DNA of 64,000 nt from Calcarisporiella thermophila CBS 279.70. Its lineage: Eukaryota > Fungi > Calcarisporiellomycota. The stretch covers positions 28,792-92,791 of the forward strand of contig NW_027192193.1 of NCBI RefSeq assembly GCF_041956535.1, in the 5' to 3' direction. Position numbers and translations under genes: made by a program. How positions within the stretch are numbered: the stretch's first letter is position 1; each line of letters begins with the position of its first letter. Below are positions 35,201-50,100 of the stretch, piece after piece. The notes under the pieces were generated by a model. The model did no database searches and was not told the DNA's origin. It saw only the letters and a program-made list of their open reading frames with translations.

Positions 35201-38200
35201 AGAGAAAGCATCCAAATTGGGTGGGCTATCGCAGGTTCTTAGCGAAAAAGAAGACCAGATAAAGGCGCTTGAGCACGCGATTGTCGAAAAAGATGCAGAA
35301 GGTGAAGCCCAGAGACTCGAGATTGAATCACAAACGGTCAGGGTCGAAGAGCTAGTTCAGAAACTTTCTGAAAAAGACTCCCTAATGAAGACATTCGAAC
35401 TGGATATCGTTGCGAAGACCTCAGAGATAGAAGAGGTCAAGCGTGAGCTTGAAGTACAGTTGGAAAAGATGAGTAAGCTCGATAGGATATCGTCAGAAAA
35501 AGATGCCCAGATTGAAACGCTCCAATGTATAATCGCAGAACGAGAAGCTGAACTGAAATCCCTTGAGACAACGGTTAATGAGAGAGAGATCGAAGCCAAA
35601 CAGCTGTTATCTGCGCAGGCTGAAAAAGATTCTGAAATGGAGCTATTGAAGAGGCGTACAGAAGAACTCTCGACGGCTCTAGAAGTCTCCACTCATCAAC
35701 TCCAAGAGCTTGTGCAAAAAGCTGAGGAAAGAGAGAAGACCTGGTCACGTGAAAAATCAGAGCTAGAAGCACGCCTTATCGAGTCGGAAGCCAACTTTGT
35801 AGCAGCAAAGGAAAATACAGAACAATTGGTAGTGGTTAATGATTCTACAATTCGAAATCTCCAAGAACGTATCATCGAACTGGAAGAGCAACAAGTTCAA
35901 TTGGTATCTGAGAAGGAAGGTCTTGAAAAAGCTATTGTCGAGAAGGATGCTGAAGCAGAAGTGTTAAACAAGCAAGCTGAAGAGCTCCGGCTAGAATACG
36001 CCGTCACCCAAGATATGCTTCGAGATTACAATTTGGAGGCCGAAAAGAGACAGATTTTATGGGCATCAGAAAAAGATGAATTGCAAACCCACGTCGTAAA
36101 GATAGAGTCAGAGAATGCGGACTTAAGGATAAAAGTGGAGGCAATGTTGAACGAAGTCAGCGATTTCCAAAGTAAACTTCAAGATCAAGCGCTTGTGATG
36201 CAACAAAAAGATGAAGAAATCGCCGGCCTACGAGCTCAGATGACCGAGTCAACACACGCGCTCCAAATCGCCCTAAGCGAACTGGAAACGAAGAGGAACC
36301 AGGTTGACAAGCTTGACTACGCTAAAGCTGAATTAGAGAAGCATATTCAATTGCTCGAGACGAAGATTAGCGAGAAGGAAGCCATGTTTGAGGCAGCTGT
36401 CTCGGAAAGAGATGTGACTCTAGGACTCAAGCTACAGGAGTTCGAGAGTCTGGTATCAAGACTAACGGAAGAGAAGGCTGCACTCGAGAATGCAGTTGCG
36501 GAAAATGAATCTAAGCTCCAGTTGATTATCTCCGAGAAAGATGCGCTTCTCGAGGCAACTGTTGCTGATAAGCATTTAGCTCTTTCGAATAAGGCAGCGG
36601 AGGTAGAATCATTGACTGTACAGCTTGCTGAGGAGAAAGAATCCACACAACAAATTAGGAAGCAATATGAAGAGGCCAAAGGAGAGTGCGCTACTCTTGG
36701 GAAACAATATGAAGAGCTTCAAGATAAATGCAAGAAGTTAGAGTGCATGATGGAAAATCTCGAGAATGTTTTGTGGATGTCGGAGGAGGAGATATGCAAT
36801 GGGTTAAGCAAACTTGACCGCTTGGAGGCCCAGAAGAAGGGTGTTGAAGCAGAGCTGTCCGCGACCTCGACTCGAATCAAAGAGCTGGAAGAGCAACTTG
36901 TAGCGTCCAAACATGAACTCTCAGAGGAGAAATTCTGGAGCGAGCGAGTTCGATGCGAAGCGGACGCCATTTCAAAGTGGTACGAGGAGGAGAAATCAAA
37001 AAGAGAAGCAGCTGAAGAGCGCATCAAAGAATTCCCTGACCTTCAGAATCGTGTGGATGAACTTGCCACATCCAATGCAGAGCTCCGTAAACACTTGGAA
37101 GATGCTGAACGACGGGCCATGGAATTTGAAGAGAGCAAGGCTGCAGCCGTATCTGAAATGAATGGGCTCATCGCTGAGCTCAAGCACGCACAAGGGCTCT
37201 TGTCAATGAAAACCGTTGAAACTGAGGCACGTAGTGCCGAAATTGCTAACCTCTGGCGTCGAGCTGAAGAATTGGCCGAGGCGAATGCGGATCTTCACGG
37301 GCGATTGGAAAAAGCTGGACAACAAGTTGCAGAGCTTGAGGAGGGCAAAGTTACTGCCAATTCTCAACTGAATAGCCTTACCTTGGAACTGAAAACGACG
37401 AGAGAACAATTGGAGGCAAAATCACTGGAGGTCAATGCACTGGCAACTAAGCTGGCTGACTTGGAGATCGCTTTCAATGAAATTCAAGTTAACTTCTCGC
37501 AATGCGAACAAGAGCGTGATAGACTGTCTAGCTATGTACCCGATCTCGACACTGAGCTTCAACAGACGCGTAACCTTCTGGAGACAAAAATTGCAGAATC
37601 AGGCATCTTGGAGTCTAAATTATCAGAGGCAGAGATTGAGATGGCAAAGATGCAGGAAAAATTGGCTCAGAACGACCGAGAGCGAGAGAATATTATGCAG
37701 GAGTTGCCCGGTCTCACTTTGGAATTGCAACAGACCCGAGACCACTTGGCTTCGAAGTCTCTCGAGATCGAGGAGATGAACAGGAAATTAGCGGAAGCAA
37801 GTGTAACCATTGAGGATTTACAAACGCGGCTCGCTACAAGTGAACGGGAACGAGAACAGTTGATTGCAGAAGTACCTGATCTCGCCATTGAGCTAAGGCA
37901 GGTGCGGGAAGAGTTGGCTGCTAAGTCAGCTGAACTAGAGACGCTCCATCTGCAACGATCTGAAACAGAAATAGCCATGAGAGAAGCAAACGATCAACTC
38001 ATACCGGCTGAGAGTGAACCAGGAGACCTAGCTTCTGGAGGGTTAGATCTAAGCAGTGAGCTCGCACGTGCGCAAGGTCTTCTGTCGTCAAATACCACAG
38101 AAACGAATACCCTGGAGACCAAGATTAGCGAGATGGAAGAGTTAGTCGCCGAGCTCAGAGCGCGTATTGCCCAACATGAAAATGAACGAGAACAGATGGA

Positions 38201-38847
38201 GTCGGACTTGAGAAACGCGCGCCATAAATTGGAGAAGCTTTCAAAATACAAGCAAGACTATTCCACGATATCGCACTCATTCAATGAGATGCAGACGTCG
38301 TTGCAAAACATGGAGGTCTTATGTGAGGAGAAGATCGCAAGTGAGGAGCAAATGCGTCAAGCTCTTGACACCATTATGCAAGAGAAAGAGGTCTTGATGG
38401 CCAGGCTAAAGGACGCAGAGAAGGCTGCAGAGGATGCAAAGGCTGCGGTTGCAGGTGCTTTGAAAGAGAAGTCAATGCTTGAAAAGTCGATAGCGGAGAT
38501 GGCAACCGAAGAAAAGACATCCAAACGTCAATTCGCCTTGAAAGATATCACCAACGAGAAGAATATTGCCCCAGTAAATGAAAAGAAGGTTTCTGAGAAG
38601 AAGTATGAGAACAAGCGTTCCGCTCCGGTGGATGAAACGAAGCACGAAGAAATTGAGAATGTGAAGGTAACCATTCTAAGCATTCGTTGTCCTTTAGTTT
38701 CTTGCATCTAACCACCTTCATGTTGTTTGTATCTCCCCTCAGACTGTACGTAATCGTAGGTTGCAAGCACGAATGGCTCGTCGAGCAAATGCCGCAGCCG
38801 CACAAGCAAACAAGACCACCTCGCCCGAGGAATGTAATAACCAATAG
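32233..38847 (+). CDS. Kinesin-7 / CENP-E-like motor with ~1500 aa coiled coil, multi-exon
   Basis: [63 protein letters not shown]. Last exon 38743-38847 ends ...EECNNQ*. Confidence 0.9.
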
Positions 38848-39629
38848 TCATTTATTCCCATTAATTATACTAGAGTGAAAAATGGGATGTTCACCATTTG
38901 TTGATACTCCGTCTTCTTTTTTATTCTACTTGCATCAAGTTTTTAAATATGGATGATATTCCCTTTTTTTATTATTATATGATTATTTGACATATATCTC
39001 AATGAGGGTGTCTTTTGATTTTAATTAGCTCTTTCCCTTAAGATTCAGAGTGCTATCGATTTGTTTGTAAATTAGAAATACCTAATTGTTTTTTTTCGAA
39101 TTCGAATATATTTTATTTGTTATTGTGTTTTGCTATAGAATTGAATTCACCCCAAAAGATTAAACCAAATGATCTGCTAAAGTGAAGTACTGGCTACGAA
39201 CCCGGCTAAAAATCATTCCCAATACACTTAGCTATAATATAGACGCGCTTATATTAGAAATCCTCATCAGTTGGAAATTAGGAATCCGGTATTAAATATT
39301 TAATGACGGAAATGGATGAGCGCCATAAATATCATGTTCGCTCTAAGAATTTAAAATAAATACAATTGTATATAATGTCAACCGTTTGCTACTGTAAAGA
39401 GATAATAGGGAAACATTCATGGTTGACAACCCAAATTCTTTCTCAAAAATAATTAGAGATATTTAAGGTGGACTCTAAATTAGATCGCGAAGACTATTTT
39501 CGGCCAGAGCAGAATTTTATGCAATGCATGCTCCGAAAAAAATTCGTTCATGGCAAAGCCAATCAGAACGCCTGCAAACTTGGGTATGATTGAATCCCAA
39601 AGTACTAGCTGTACTCTTGAGTGAGGCGA

Positions 39630-40815
39630 CTAATCGTCGAATTCCTCAACATCCTCTTTCATCACCACAAGGAATCTTCCTTCCCCTTTTCCGAAGCTCA
39701 TACTTTTTAGCCCCCCAAGAAAATGGGCCTCTCTGTGCAGCTCCTTCCTCTGATAGCTTGTCAGGCCAGGGGGGAACCGCAATACCTTCCCCACAGGATC
39801 TTCCCAAAATCTACGCAACGCATCGGACTGAGACGTGGACCAGGCATAAGGATTAGGAGTGCGAGAAGTTGAGCGAAAGTAATGCTCTGGAGTGACATAA
39901 GGTGCTAAAATGGTACGATGGAAGTCCTCAATCCCCTTGCCTCGGTTGATACGCCGGCGTCTTTGGCGCCGGTTCTTTTTCCCAGGTGACAAATCTTCTT
40001 CTTCATCGCTGAGAATCTGGTGGTTATTTCCGTTGTCTTCCTTATCAGAATCCTCATCTATGTTTTCATCCGGGGAAGACTGGTGTTGATTGTACGCAGA
40101 GGTTGCATACATAGAATCGTCTTCCAAAGTGAGCAGTCTGTGGCTTCTCCTTCGTTTCCATTCTCTGTTTTCAGCATGACTAAGCAAGTATATCCAGTCA
40201 GTATTTAGGCATCCTCTTAGCTGTTGCTAATGACAATACCTGAAGGGAAAGAGACGTCCAAGTACGGACCAAATAACTGCTAGCTGTCTCCGGCAACTTC
40301 TTTTTTCTTCTTGTACCCAAGAATTCCATGTCACCCATGCTATGGAGAGAGCACGGCCCTTTCGTCCAACAGTGCGTTGGAATGCCTCTTGATTAGTCCA
40401 ATCGTCTAGTGAAGAGTCATAACCAACCCATTCGTGCCTAATAGTAAAGTAATTAATATGAGTCGATAGAAATTTTCGATAATTCTCACATTTCATCTGT
40501 CCATTTAGTAGGTTCTTGACCGTAAGTTCTTTCTACCGCCTCATCAATATAGAGGTGGAGTTTGAAGATAACATCCTCTATTTTCACATTTTCACTATTT
40601 TTTTCTCGTGCAATCGTAACCAGGCTGAGGGGAAGGTCTTCCACTAGAACTGAAAAAAGTAACGGTCGAGCAATGGATGAGAATAATCTGCATGTGTCTT
40701 TGGAGGAGAAAAGGGTTTGGACATCGAGAAAAGATAGGATACGAGTCCATATCTCAGGTGGAAATATTTCGTCAGCATGGAATTTCTTATCTGCTTTATG
40801 GATTATTGAATTCAT
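39630..40815 (-). CDS. F-box plus R3H domain protein (3 exons)
   Basis: N-terminal FPPEIWTRILSFLD...TCRLF (F-box); C-terminal FPPGLTSYQRKELHREAHFLGGLKSMSFGKGEGRFLVV (R3H, RxxxH). Confidence 0.8.
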
Positions 40816-40964
40816 GTCACGAAACTATATGTGGGGAATAAAGTCTTGGGCAATCTTCTTTAAAAATGAGATTGTGGCTTAGAAAATTTTGTAATTAACG
40901 CGTTTCACCTCTACTATTTTTTTCATCGGATTCAGTTTCACCTAGTTAGTTTTGAAATGAATCG

Positions 40965-42525
40965 ATGAATTTTACTAAATATTCTTCTATTCCGCATCAA
41001 GTAAGTGGCCAATATGAGGAATCAGTAAAGCTATTCTTCTAAACGATAGATTGTTTGTCAGGGCAACGGAGAGTTTCATTCGCAATATGAAGTGGACAAC
41101 CTTTTGGCACAAATAGGATCACCAACCTGCCAAGGTTAGTCGACCTGTCTCTCCTGTAGTATTTCTTTTTTTTTTCTTCTTTGCTAATTTCCTGCCTGTT
41201 TGTAATAGATTCAGAGAAACTTCAAAATTTTGAACAAGAAGTAACCTCAATACAGGACCTCAACCTGCTAAAACGTTTATTAATCGACAAGGAACGTGAA
41301 AAAATAGCAACGGTAAACGATCTACAAGTTGCTGCGCGTTTAGGATTGGCGCTCTCGGAAGCCAACGAGCAGATGCAGTCCAAATTAAATGAGGTTATGG
41401 AAGCTGAGTCAGAGACTAAGGCTAAAGTATATACAAAACTGCATTTCATTTTAGGCTCAAACGCTGAATTGAATATTGGACTCAAATAGCTAGCATCACT
41501 TGAAGAAGAAAATCGAAAGCTTCAGTCGGAAATTTCCTTTCTTCCCCTCGATATCACCACTGGTCATCCTTCTCCATCTAGCAATCGAAATGAACAGGCA
41601 AAACTCCGCCTGAATAAAGAACTAGAATCGGCTCGACGAGAACTGACACTACTTTCTGCCCAATTCAATGACATGGCGGCGGAATTAAATGACAATAGGA
41701 ATAAAGTTAAGTTTTATGCTAAACGATTGGGTATGTAATCTGAAATTATGCACAATGAGCAAGCTATTCTAATGACTGAGTTTTCTAGCTGAAGTGGAGC
41801 AGAATCTCGCCCAGACACAGGAGCAGAATGTCAATTTACAAATATTGCTAGAGAAAGCTATGAACACCCAAAAGCAGTCGAGTTCAAGTACCACCCACAC
41901 AGTCAAGACGATTCAAGTGGATATGAACAAGGTAACCTTTATTGTCTTTTTTGATTGAGAGACCAACTCCTTATACCACAACGCATAGTTGATACAAGAG
42001 AACGAGCACCTTCGATCTCATATCTCCGAGCTCGAGTCTCGCCAAGCTCAATGCGAGGAAAAGATTGGAGCTTACTCGCAGCTCCTCGTTGAGATGCAGC
42101 ATACCATGCACACCCTCGTTGAGATTAATCGAAATAGCGAGGATTCGATGTCATACTCTACCAGTTTTAGCGCGCAAAGCGATGAAAATCCAGTCACCCT
42201 AGCCAAGGCGTTATCAAAGGAGTTCGAGGATGATTTCCACAAGGTGATTGCCCAACGCTTCCACTCTCCCTCCACAAGCCCCACTTCCTCCTCATCAACA
42301 CAACGAGCTACCTCGCCATATCATTCTCTTACAATGGAAGATATTAAACGTGCAGGTGAGGGTCTGAGGTATCTGTTGTCCTCCCAAAGAGACCAAGTTA
42401 CCCAAATGGGAAAGAATAGCAATGAAAGCGCTCTACTGCCGTCTTTGACCCCTGGATCTCCGCGGGTCATCACTCGGTACAGCCTTTCCTCAGCACCCAA
42501 GAGAAAACCCTCCAAAAAGCGATAA
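40965..42525 (+). CDS. Coiled-coil protein with HAP1/TRAK/BICDR-like CC1 box, multi-exon
   Basis: DLQVAARLGLALSEAN followed by long heptad repeats and a Ser-rich tail. Start codon approximate. Confidence 0.65.
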
Positions 42526-42869
42526 CTATTTCCGATAGATCACATATATACTCAATTTATGCACTACCTGTATATATTTAATTTCCTTGCCTTTCCCTTT
42601 TCTAGCTGCCTCCATCTGGAGATTTTGAGAAGACACTATTTCTGTTAGCTTTCGATTCGTTTTCTCTCTCTTATAATATTTACTGCCACGTTTTCATCCA
42701 CTTAACTTTATTTTAGCTATTTGTTATTTGTTCACCCTAACTCATTTATAGCTTAATACAATTATACCTAATATTTTTTATTTATTTTTTCTTGGAATAA
42801 AAAAAAATAGAATATCAAATACGAGGTACAGGGGGACTGAGGGTACATTTCACATTTTCACAAAAGGGC

Positions 42870-43753
<884 letters not shown>

Positions 43754-43963
43754 CTATGAAGAGACAAGAGATATTATCCTCATTTTATATATTGGGCATA
43801 CAACGTTCTCGAAAGCTGACAAATTAATCGATTATTCATCAAGCGAGAAATTTTTTGCCACCTCACCAAATCAAGTCAACCATACAAAAAATGGGTAATG
43901 TTCGATAAGTGAAGAATATAACAGTGGAAAATTGGGAAATTAGAGGTTGTTCTATAGAAATGT

Positions 43964-44965
43964 TTAATTGACCCGCAATCTCTCCTCGAGTTCCTTCCGC
44001 TGTGCCTCTAGCATTTGAAAAAAGGAGGAGGGGGGGGTTAGATATGAAAAGAGGGCTAACGCCAAAATATCCAGCCAACTTACCGACAATGGCCTCCATT
44101 TCTTCCTTGCTTGTGTCAAAGCGTACAATGTTCGCTTGGTTGAATGGGTTTTCAGGTGATTTCTGAAAAGCTTGAGTAAATATGGGCAATGTAGATATAA
44201 ATACGAAAAACATTAGATTATTACCTGGAAATTCTTGTATAGAATATCCTTCAGCTGCGTGTATCTTAGCCCCGGATGCTCTTGCTTCAATCGAGGCAGC
44301 TCCCGCTCCTCATAGGCAGCCAATGCGGCCTTGAACCGCCGCTCAGGGTGCCGATCAATGCCTGATATTTTCTGTTGCGCACTGGCCGAGGTCTCTGTCG
44401 CGTTTTCCAGAAGGTCAAGTGCATCATCAATGTTAGAGGCTGAAAATTCAGGGATGGTGCGCTTAGCAAAGGATACTTCTGCGTGCTGAGCCTGTTTCTT
44501 GAGCGCTTTTTTCTATTAGAAGAGAACAGTATACACGTTGTATTTGTCAGGGCATATCAATACCGCCTAGGTCAATTCCGCTTGCATACCTCTTCGCCCT
44601 TGACTGGCCTCAGCAGGGGCTTACTTTTAGCGATTTCTTTTTCTTCACTCGCAAGCAATGAAGCCGCCTCTTTTTTCTTTGCAAGCTTCTCTGCTCTCTT
44701 AGCAGCTTCTTCTTCCTTTTTGGAGGTGTTTTTAGCCCCAACGGACCACTCCCTAGCCTCCTTAGCCTCCCGTTCTGCCGCTTTACGAGCATCCACCTCG
44801 GCTTTGTGAGCCGCCTTTTTTTCCTTTGCTGCCGTGACTATTTAGCAACCAAAGAAATCAATGAAAGAATGGATCAGTGAGGAATTCACGAACAATGCGA
44901 CAAACATGGCTGCGATGGATGGTGTCGCTACCTTTAGTATTTTCTCCTTTGAATTTTTTCGGCAT
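43964..44965 (-). CDS. CCDC124/Lso2/Oxs1-family protein, multi-exon
   Basis: MPKKFKGENTK.., ASNIDDALDLL, DRHPERRFKAALAAYEERELPRLKQEHPGLR..QLK, KSPENPFNQ. Confidence 0.88.
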
Positions 44966-45256
44966 GATCTTTGATTTTTCCTAACACACCATGATCAAAT
45001 TATCGCACGATTTTGATAAAAATATATGATGTATTTAAGAAACTCTTATATCAGCAGTCATATAAAAGCGGCATTCAAAAAAAAAAATTACATATAGAAA
45101 GAGAATATCTAAAGATAATCAAAAATAAAAAAAAAGGAAAACGGAGGGGTTAAAAAGTGAAGGCGGAAAGAGTCTATGATACTTAATAAGGGAGAAGGAA
45201 ATAAAATACCGGAGTATCATGAAGAATTACAAAAATAATTATAAGATGGTGGAGTA

Positions 45257-46840
45257 TCACGGCTTTGCCCGAAACGTCGAGGGTTCCACCGCACACATCC
45301 ATATACGCGTCTTATATATTTTAAAAAGCTCTCTTACAAGCTCTCGAAAGTCGATTCGGTGCTCGGAGACGAAGTAGAAGGTGAGCTTCCGGCGATCCCT
45401 ATGAATAAAACGGAAGGTTGAAGTCAGCTTCTTTTCCCACGGCTATTTCTGCAAGTGAGGGTAATAGATAGGCGCTACCATTGGAATTCCGCGTCCACTA
45501 CTTCCATCTCGAGTCCTCGCTGTCTAACTTTATTCAGACACACGCTCAAAGCCTTGGCCTCGTCGTAGCTCTTACTGATGAGGGAGGTCACCTCCGCGGG
45601 CAGGGCTAACCGGAAAATCCGCTTCGGCTTGGGCCGCCCTTCTCCGGCCTCTCCGGCCTCTCCCAGCCCACGCTGGGGTTGTTGCATCAGGCTTTGGGAG
45701 TAAGCATCGTCGACCACTTTTCCAAGGTCGTTTCCGCGGTCTGCCTCTACGATCACCAGATCCCCAACCTGCACCCGCAGCCCATCTGTGGTATAGTAGG
45801 CCCCTGTTCGTCCGGCTTTGAACTCCACGAGACACAGTTGCTCGATCGAAGGGGCCGGATTAAGCGCAGCTCCGTGAGCTGATGCGTCGTGAATAAGGTG
45901 TTGATTATGGTGATCGAGGGTGTCGTCAGCAAGAGAATGGGAGAGAAAGGTGGAGGAGCCGTGGGTTGGTGAAGCGCTAAGGGGGGACAGGTTTAGCTCG
46001 GTGGGTGAGGCGTGGCTCTGATCGAGAGGAGGCGTTGCTGCCGATGAATATCGCCGCTGGAAATGAAAGTCCTCTTCGAACGAGCTAATGCCACCAGAAG
46101 AAAAGACAATAGATTCCATCAGCATAATCATGAAGGTAGTCAGCGACACGTGGACATCTGATCGGGTAGAGCATGATGCCACGACACTAAATGGCATGTG
46201 ACATTATGAAGAAATCGATTGCAAACACTCACCGGCTTGCATTGAGTTGATCATTGACCAAACTTTGCTGCTGGTAAGCTAATGACATGGGCCGTCCAAG
46301 CATGTCCATTTCTGTAGGAGATGATAAGATCTCATTCCCAATGTGCGAAGGCAAGGTCTGGCCCGAAGTATACACGCCCAAGCTTACTCGGCGCTGCAAG
46401 AAACCATCCCATTCCCATGCTCCCTCTACGCCCGGAGCCTTGCTTAGAGTGGTTGGCTGGCAGCTCTCAAAGTAATCGTCCTCCTTGCGTTGAAGCTTTT
46501 TCTCGTTCCACATGACCGGAGGCGAGGCGGAGGTGAACGCCCCTCTCCACAATCCGCTCTCGTCCGCTTTCGGTGCGGCCTGAATGCCAGAGGGGCTGAA
46601 CAGCGGCTCGGCGAAGGGCGAGGAGCGCGAGAGAGGTTTGGCTGGGAACGAAGAGAATGGCTGCGTGGTTGTTGGCGGGTTGCCAACAATGCGCCACCCG
46701 TCAGTGGAAAGCGTGCGACGATTTGTGGGCCGCTGCTGCGGATGCTGGTGGTGGTAGGGGTCCTTCTATGATACAAGAGGAAAGCCAGCGTTAGTAATGG
46801 AGGGGATGCGCGCTCAAGAACACAGTACATTTAGAAGCAT
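45257..46840 (-). CDS. PSP1 C-terminal-domain protein, multi-exon
   Basis: [29 protein letters not shown]|DRRKLTFYF...[20 protein letters not shown]. Confidence 0.88.
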
Positions 46841-47162
46841 GTCTTGCGATATAAATATATGTGGTTTTCGTTTTGAATATTTGGGAAAAAAAAAGGAGAA
46901 CAAAAAAAAAAATAAAAACGACGCGGGAAGAAACGCGGGGAAGTTACACTTAGGTTAGGTGGTGGCGGTAGGAGCAAAACTTTCTTTTGAAATATTTCGA
47001 GTTTTATTGGTGATATAGTATAGCCATTTTTGGGTTGATTGAGCTCATTTAAATTAGAAAGTGGAATCGATTAATGCAATTTATTCATGTGAGTGCAGCG
47101 ACGCGAAAACGAATTTGAAAGGAAACTCCACCCACTTAGAAGCGACCGAGCCCACCAATTCA

Positions 47163-50100
47163 ATGCCACGATCTGCATTCATAGTATATACTCCATTGCG
47201 TTCATGTTTTGTCAATCTGCCTCCCTCATGGGCCTCAGCTCTTCTTGATCATGGCCGAGTAAAATCCTCCTCCCCCTTGCGAATTTGTTTTGCAGCCCTT
47301 TCTTGAACCAGATCCCTTCTTTTTAGAATCCCCATACGATCGTCCTCGAAATTTCATGGATCGGTGAGGATGCAGAGAAGCATCGTGCGTATGTTGGATG
47401 GTCAGGCGCTGCTACAGCACACAGCGCTTTCGGCAACATCAATCAATCTGGTGAGATCATCGAGATTGATCCGCAATTTGGCCAGTCGCTCGGGATACGT
47501 GCAAATGAAAAGGTAGCTCTCCGTAACTGCTAGTGACATCCTGAAAATAAATTCTGACATCCATTCGACAGGTCCAAGTAGACTTTTGTAAAAATGTTCC
47601 CGATGGATCTATGGTGAACGTTGAACCTTACTCGGCAGACGATTGGGAGATAATTGAATTGCACGCTGGATATTTGGAAGAAAATCTGCTCAGGCAAATA
47701 AGAGTTGTATACGCGGGGCAGATTGCCACCATCTGGCTGCACGGAAAGACGTTGATTCGGATTCGAGTGGGTGAGTTTCTCCAGTGCTTTATTTTTCAAA
47801 TTTCTACTATTCTCTAAATCTTTATAATCTACCGCGGATAGCGGAGGTTCACCCCAAAAGCCCATGCGTTTTGCTGAATAATGACGCCGAGGTGGTAGTC
47901 GCGCCCAAATTACGAAATCTGCCTTCTTCCATAAAGCCTCCCGAGGACGATATTGTCAATTCCACTACTAAACCATCTTCGACCCTCGCCCCTGCAGCCA
48001 TTTGCTTGCGTGCGCTCCCAATGTCTACAACAACGGCTGAAGATGACTTCTTCGCCATTTATGTACATCCTCAGACCATTTCACGGCTTCCACACAGCTC
48101 GCTTCTTCATATCTCGCATATAACCCCACCCAGCACTTCTTCTCAGCTGCAATCACAGCAGCAGCAACAGCAGCAACAACAGATGCAGCAATCGGCCAAG
48201 GATGACCTAGAAAAACAAGATACTAAACTCGCAAAGTATCTCTATGTTCGACCCAAACCATCATCCTCAGTTCCGTTAGGGCATGTGCATTTGAACGAAT
48301 GGATGCGAAAACTACTGGAAATCGAACCATTTGGCTTTGTTCGTTTGGCTGCACCCAAATCCCCTACTGTCATTTCACAGTTGACTCTTCTCCCAGTGCA
48401 GGCTAACACAGGGCCTGCGGCCATAAAACTTGGCTTGAACCCTAACCAGGCGAAACAGAGCAAGACAAACATGCTCGTAGAATTATTTAAAGAGTGGGTC
48501 CGAACTGTTTCCGCAGAGATGGGTGACAGGCAGCCTCTATTACTTACCAATGGCATGGTGGTGCGATTAAATCCGGGAGGATTCAACACTAATCATAATA
48601 TGGATGGACTCAACGAGGCAGATAAGATCATACTACGTTTAGACCCCAAGGAGGGTTCGGAAAAAAAGCAAGCGGATTCGGAGGAAATCTATGCAGCTTT
48701 GGGGAAGCAGCAGGTTTTGTCGTTGAAGATAGGGGTCGGCGAGATTGTCGCCAAAGAATCGGAAGAAGTGAGGGCAAAGTAAGGACTAATATGCTCGAAT
48801 ATCCTAGATAGTTTGCTTGAACATTGTCACAATTTTAGGTGGTTGGAAGCTGACCGCGAGAAACTTGGGGGGGTCGACTCTCTGATAGATAAGTACAAAC
48901 ATTATTTGCGATGCTCGCTATCCCGGACTGCCATCCGCAATGCACTCAAGACACCTGGTAAATCGGTTGCGCTAAGAGGCTTGAACAAAGATATTGAATG
49001 CAAACCTCAATTTGTAGGGATGGGCGGGCTTTTACTCTGTGGAGGACACGGTTCCGGCAAGACAAGCATTGCCAAAGTTTTGGGAAAGGAGCTCGCACAA
49101 GACACAGAAACACTCTCATGTAAAACGCTTTATTTTTTGCTTTTTGACTCAACAAATCCTAAAGAATCGTTTTATTACAGATTTTCTGGAGATTAATTGC
49201 TCCGAGATAACCGAAGACAGAGTGCCTACTATTCGTGAAAAGCTCCAGCAATGGTTCGATGATGCTGCATGGCACGCCCCAGCTATACTCTTCTTCGATG
49301 ATCTTGATCGCCTCGCGCCTGCGGAGCAGGAGCATGTTGACTCGTTTCGTGCTCGGCAGATAGCAGAATGTTTTATCCAAATTGCTACAAAAATGCTACG
49401 TGCTCATCCGAAGATAAGCCTGATGGCAACAGCACAAGGGCAAGCAAACGTGCACCCCATTCTTGTGGCTAGTCATGTATTTTCAGAGGTGGTTCATTTG
49501 AACCCACCGACGAAAAATGAGCGGAAACAGGTATTGGACCACATCATGAGAAGTGGAGCTGAAGTGCTTCGGGAAAGCGTGAGTGCCCTAGATTTACTCA
49601 GCGTCGCGGGAGAATGCGAAGGGTTTCTTGCAGCAGACTTGCGAGCCCTTGTAGAGCGAGCTGTGCATGAAGGCGCCGTCAGACAATTAAGAGAGAAAAT
49701 GGAGGGGAGCGTAGGTAAAGATTCCAAGCTACTGCTAAAGCAGGAGGATTTCAACAGAGCGCGTGATGGCTTTGTGCCGAGTTCGCTACGTGGGGTTAAG
49801 TTGCAAAGCTCTAGCGTGAGTTGGACGGATATCGGTGGGCTCAGGGAAACAAAGCGTGTGCTGCTAGAAACCTTAGAATGGCCAACCAAATATGCACCTA
49901 TTTTTGCAAAGTGCCCACTGCGGCTTCGCTCAGGGTAAGAGTGCTATAGTTCGAAATACAGGCTGGGGTCAATTAACACGCCCTTTTGCCCTCTATTCAA
50001 GTTTGCTACTCTATGGTTTCCCGGGTTGCGGCAAAACGCTCCTTGCCTCCGCAGTGGCTAAGGAATGCGGCCTCAATTTTATAAGTGTCAAAGGACCCGA

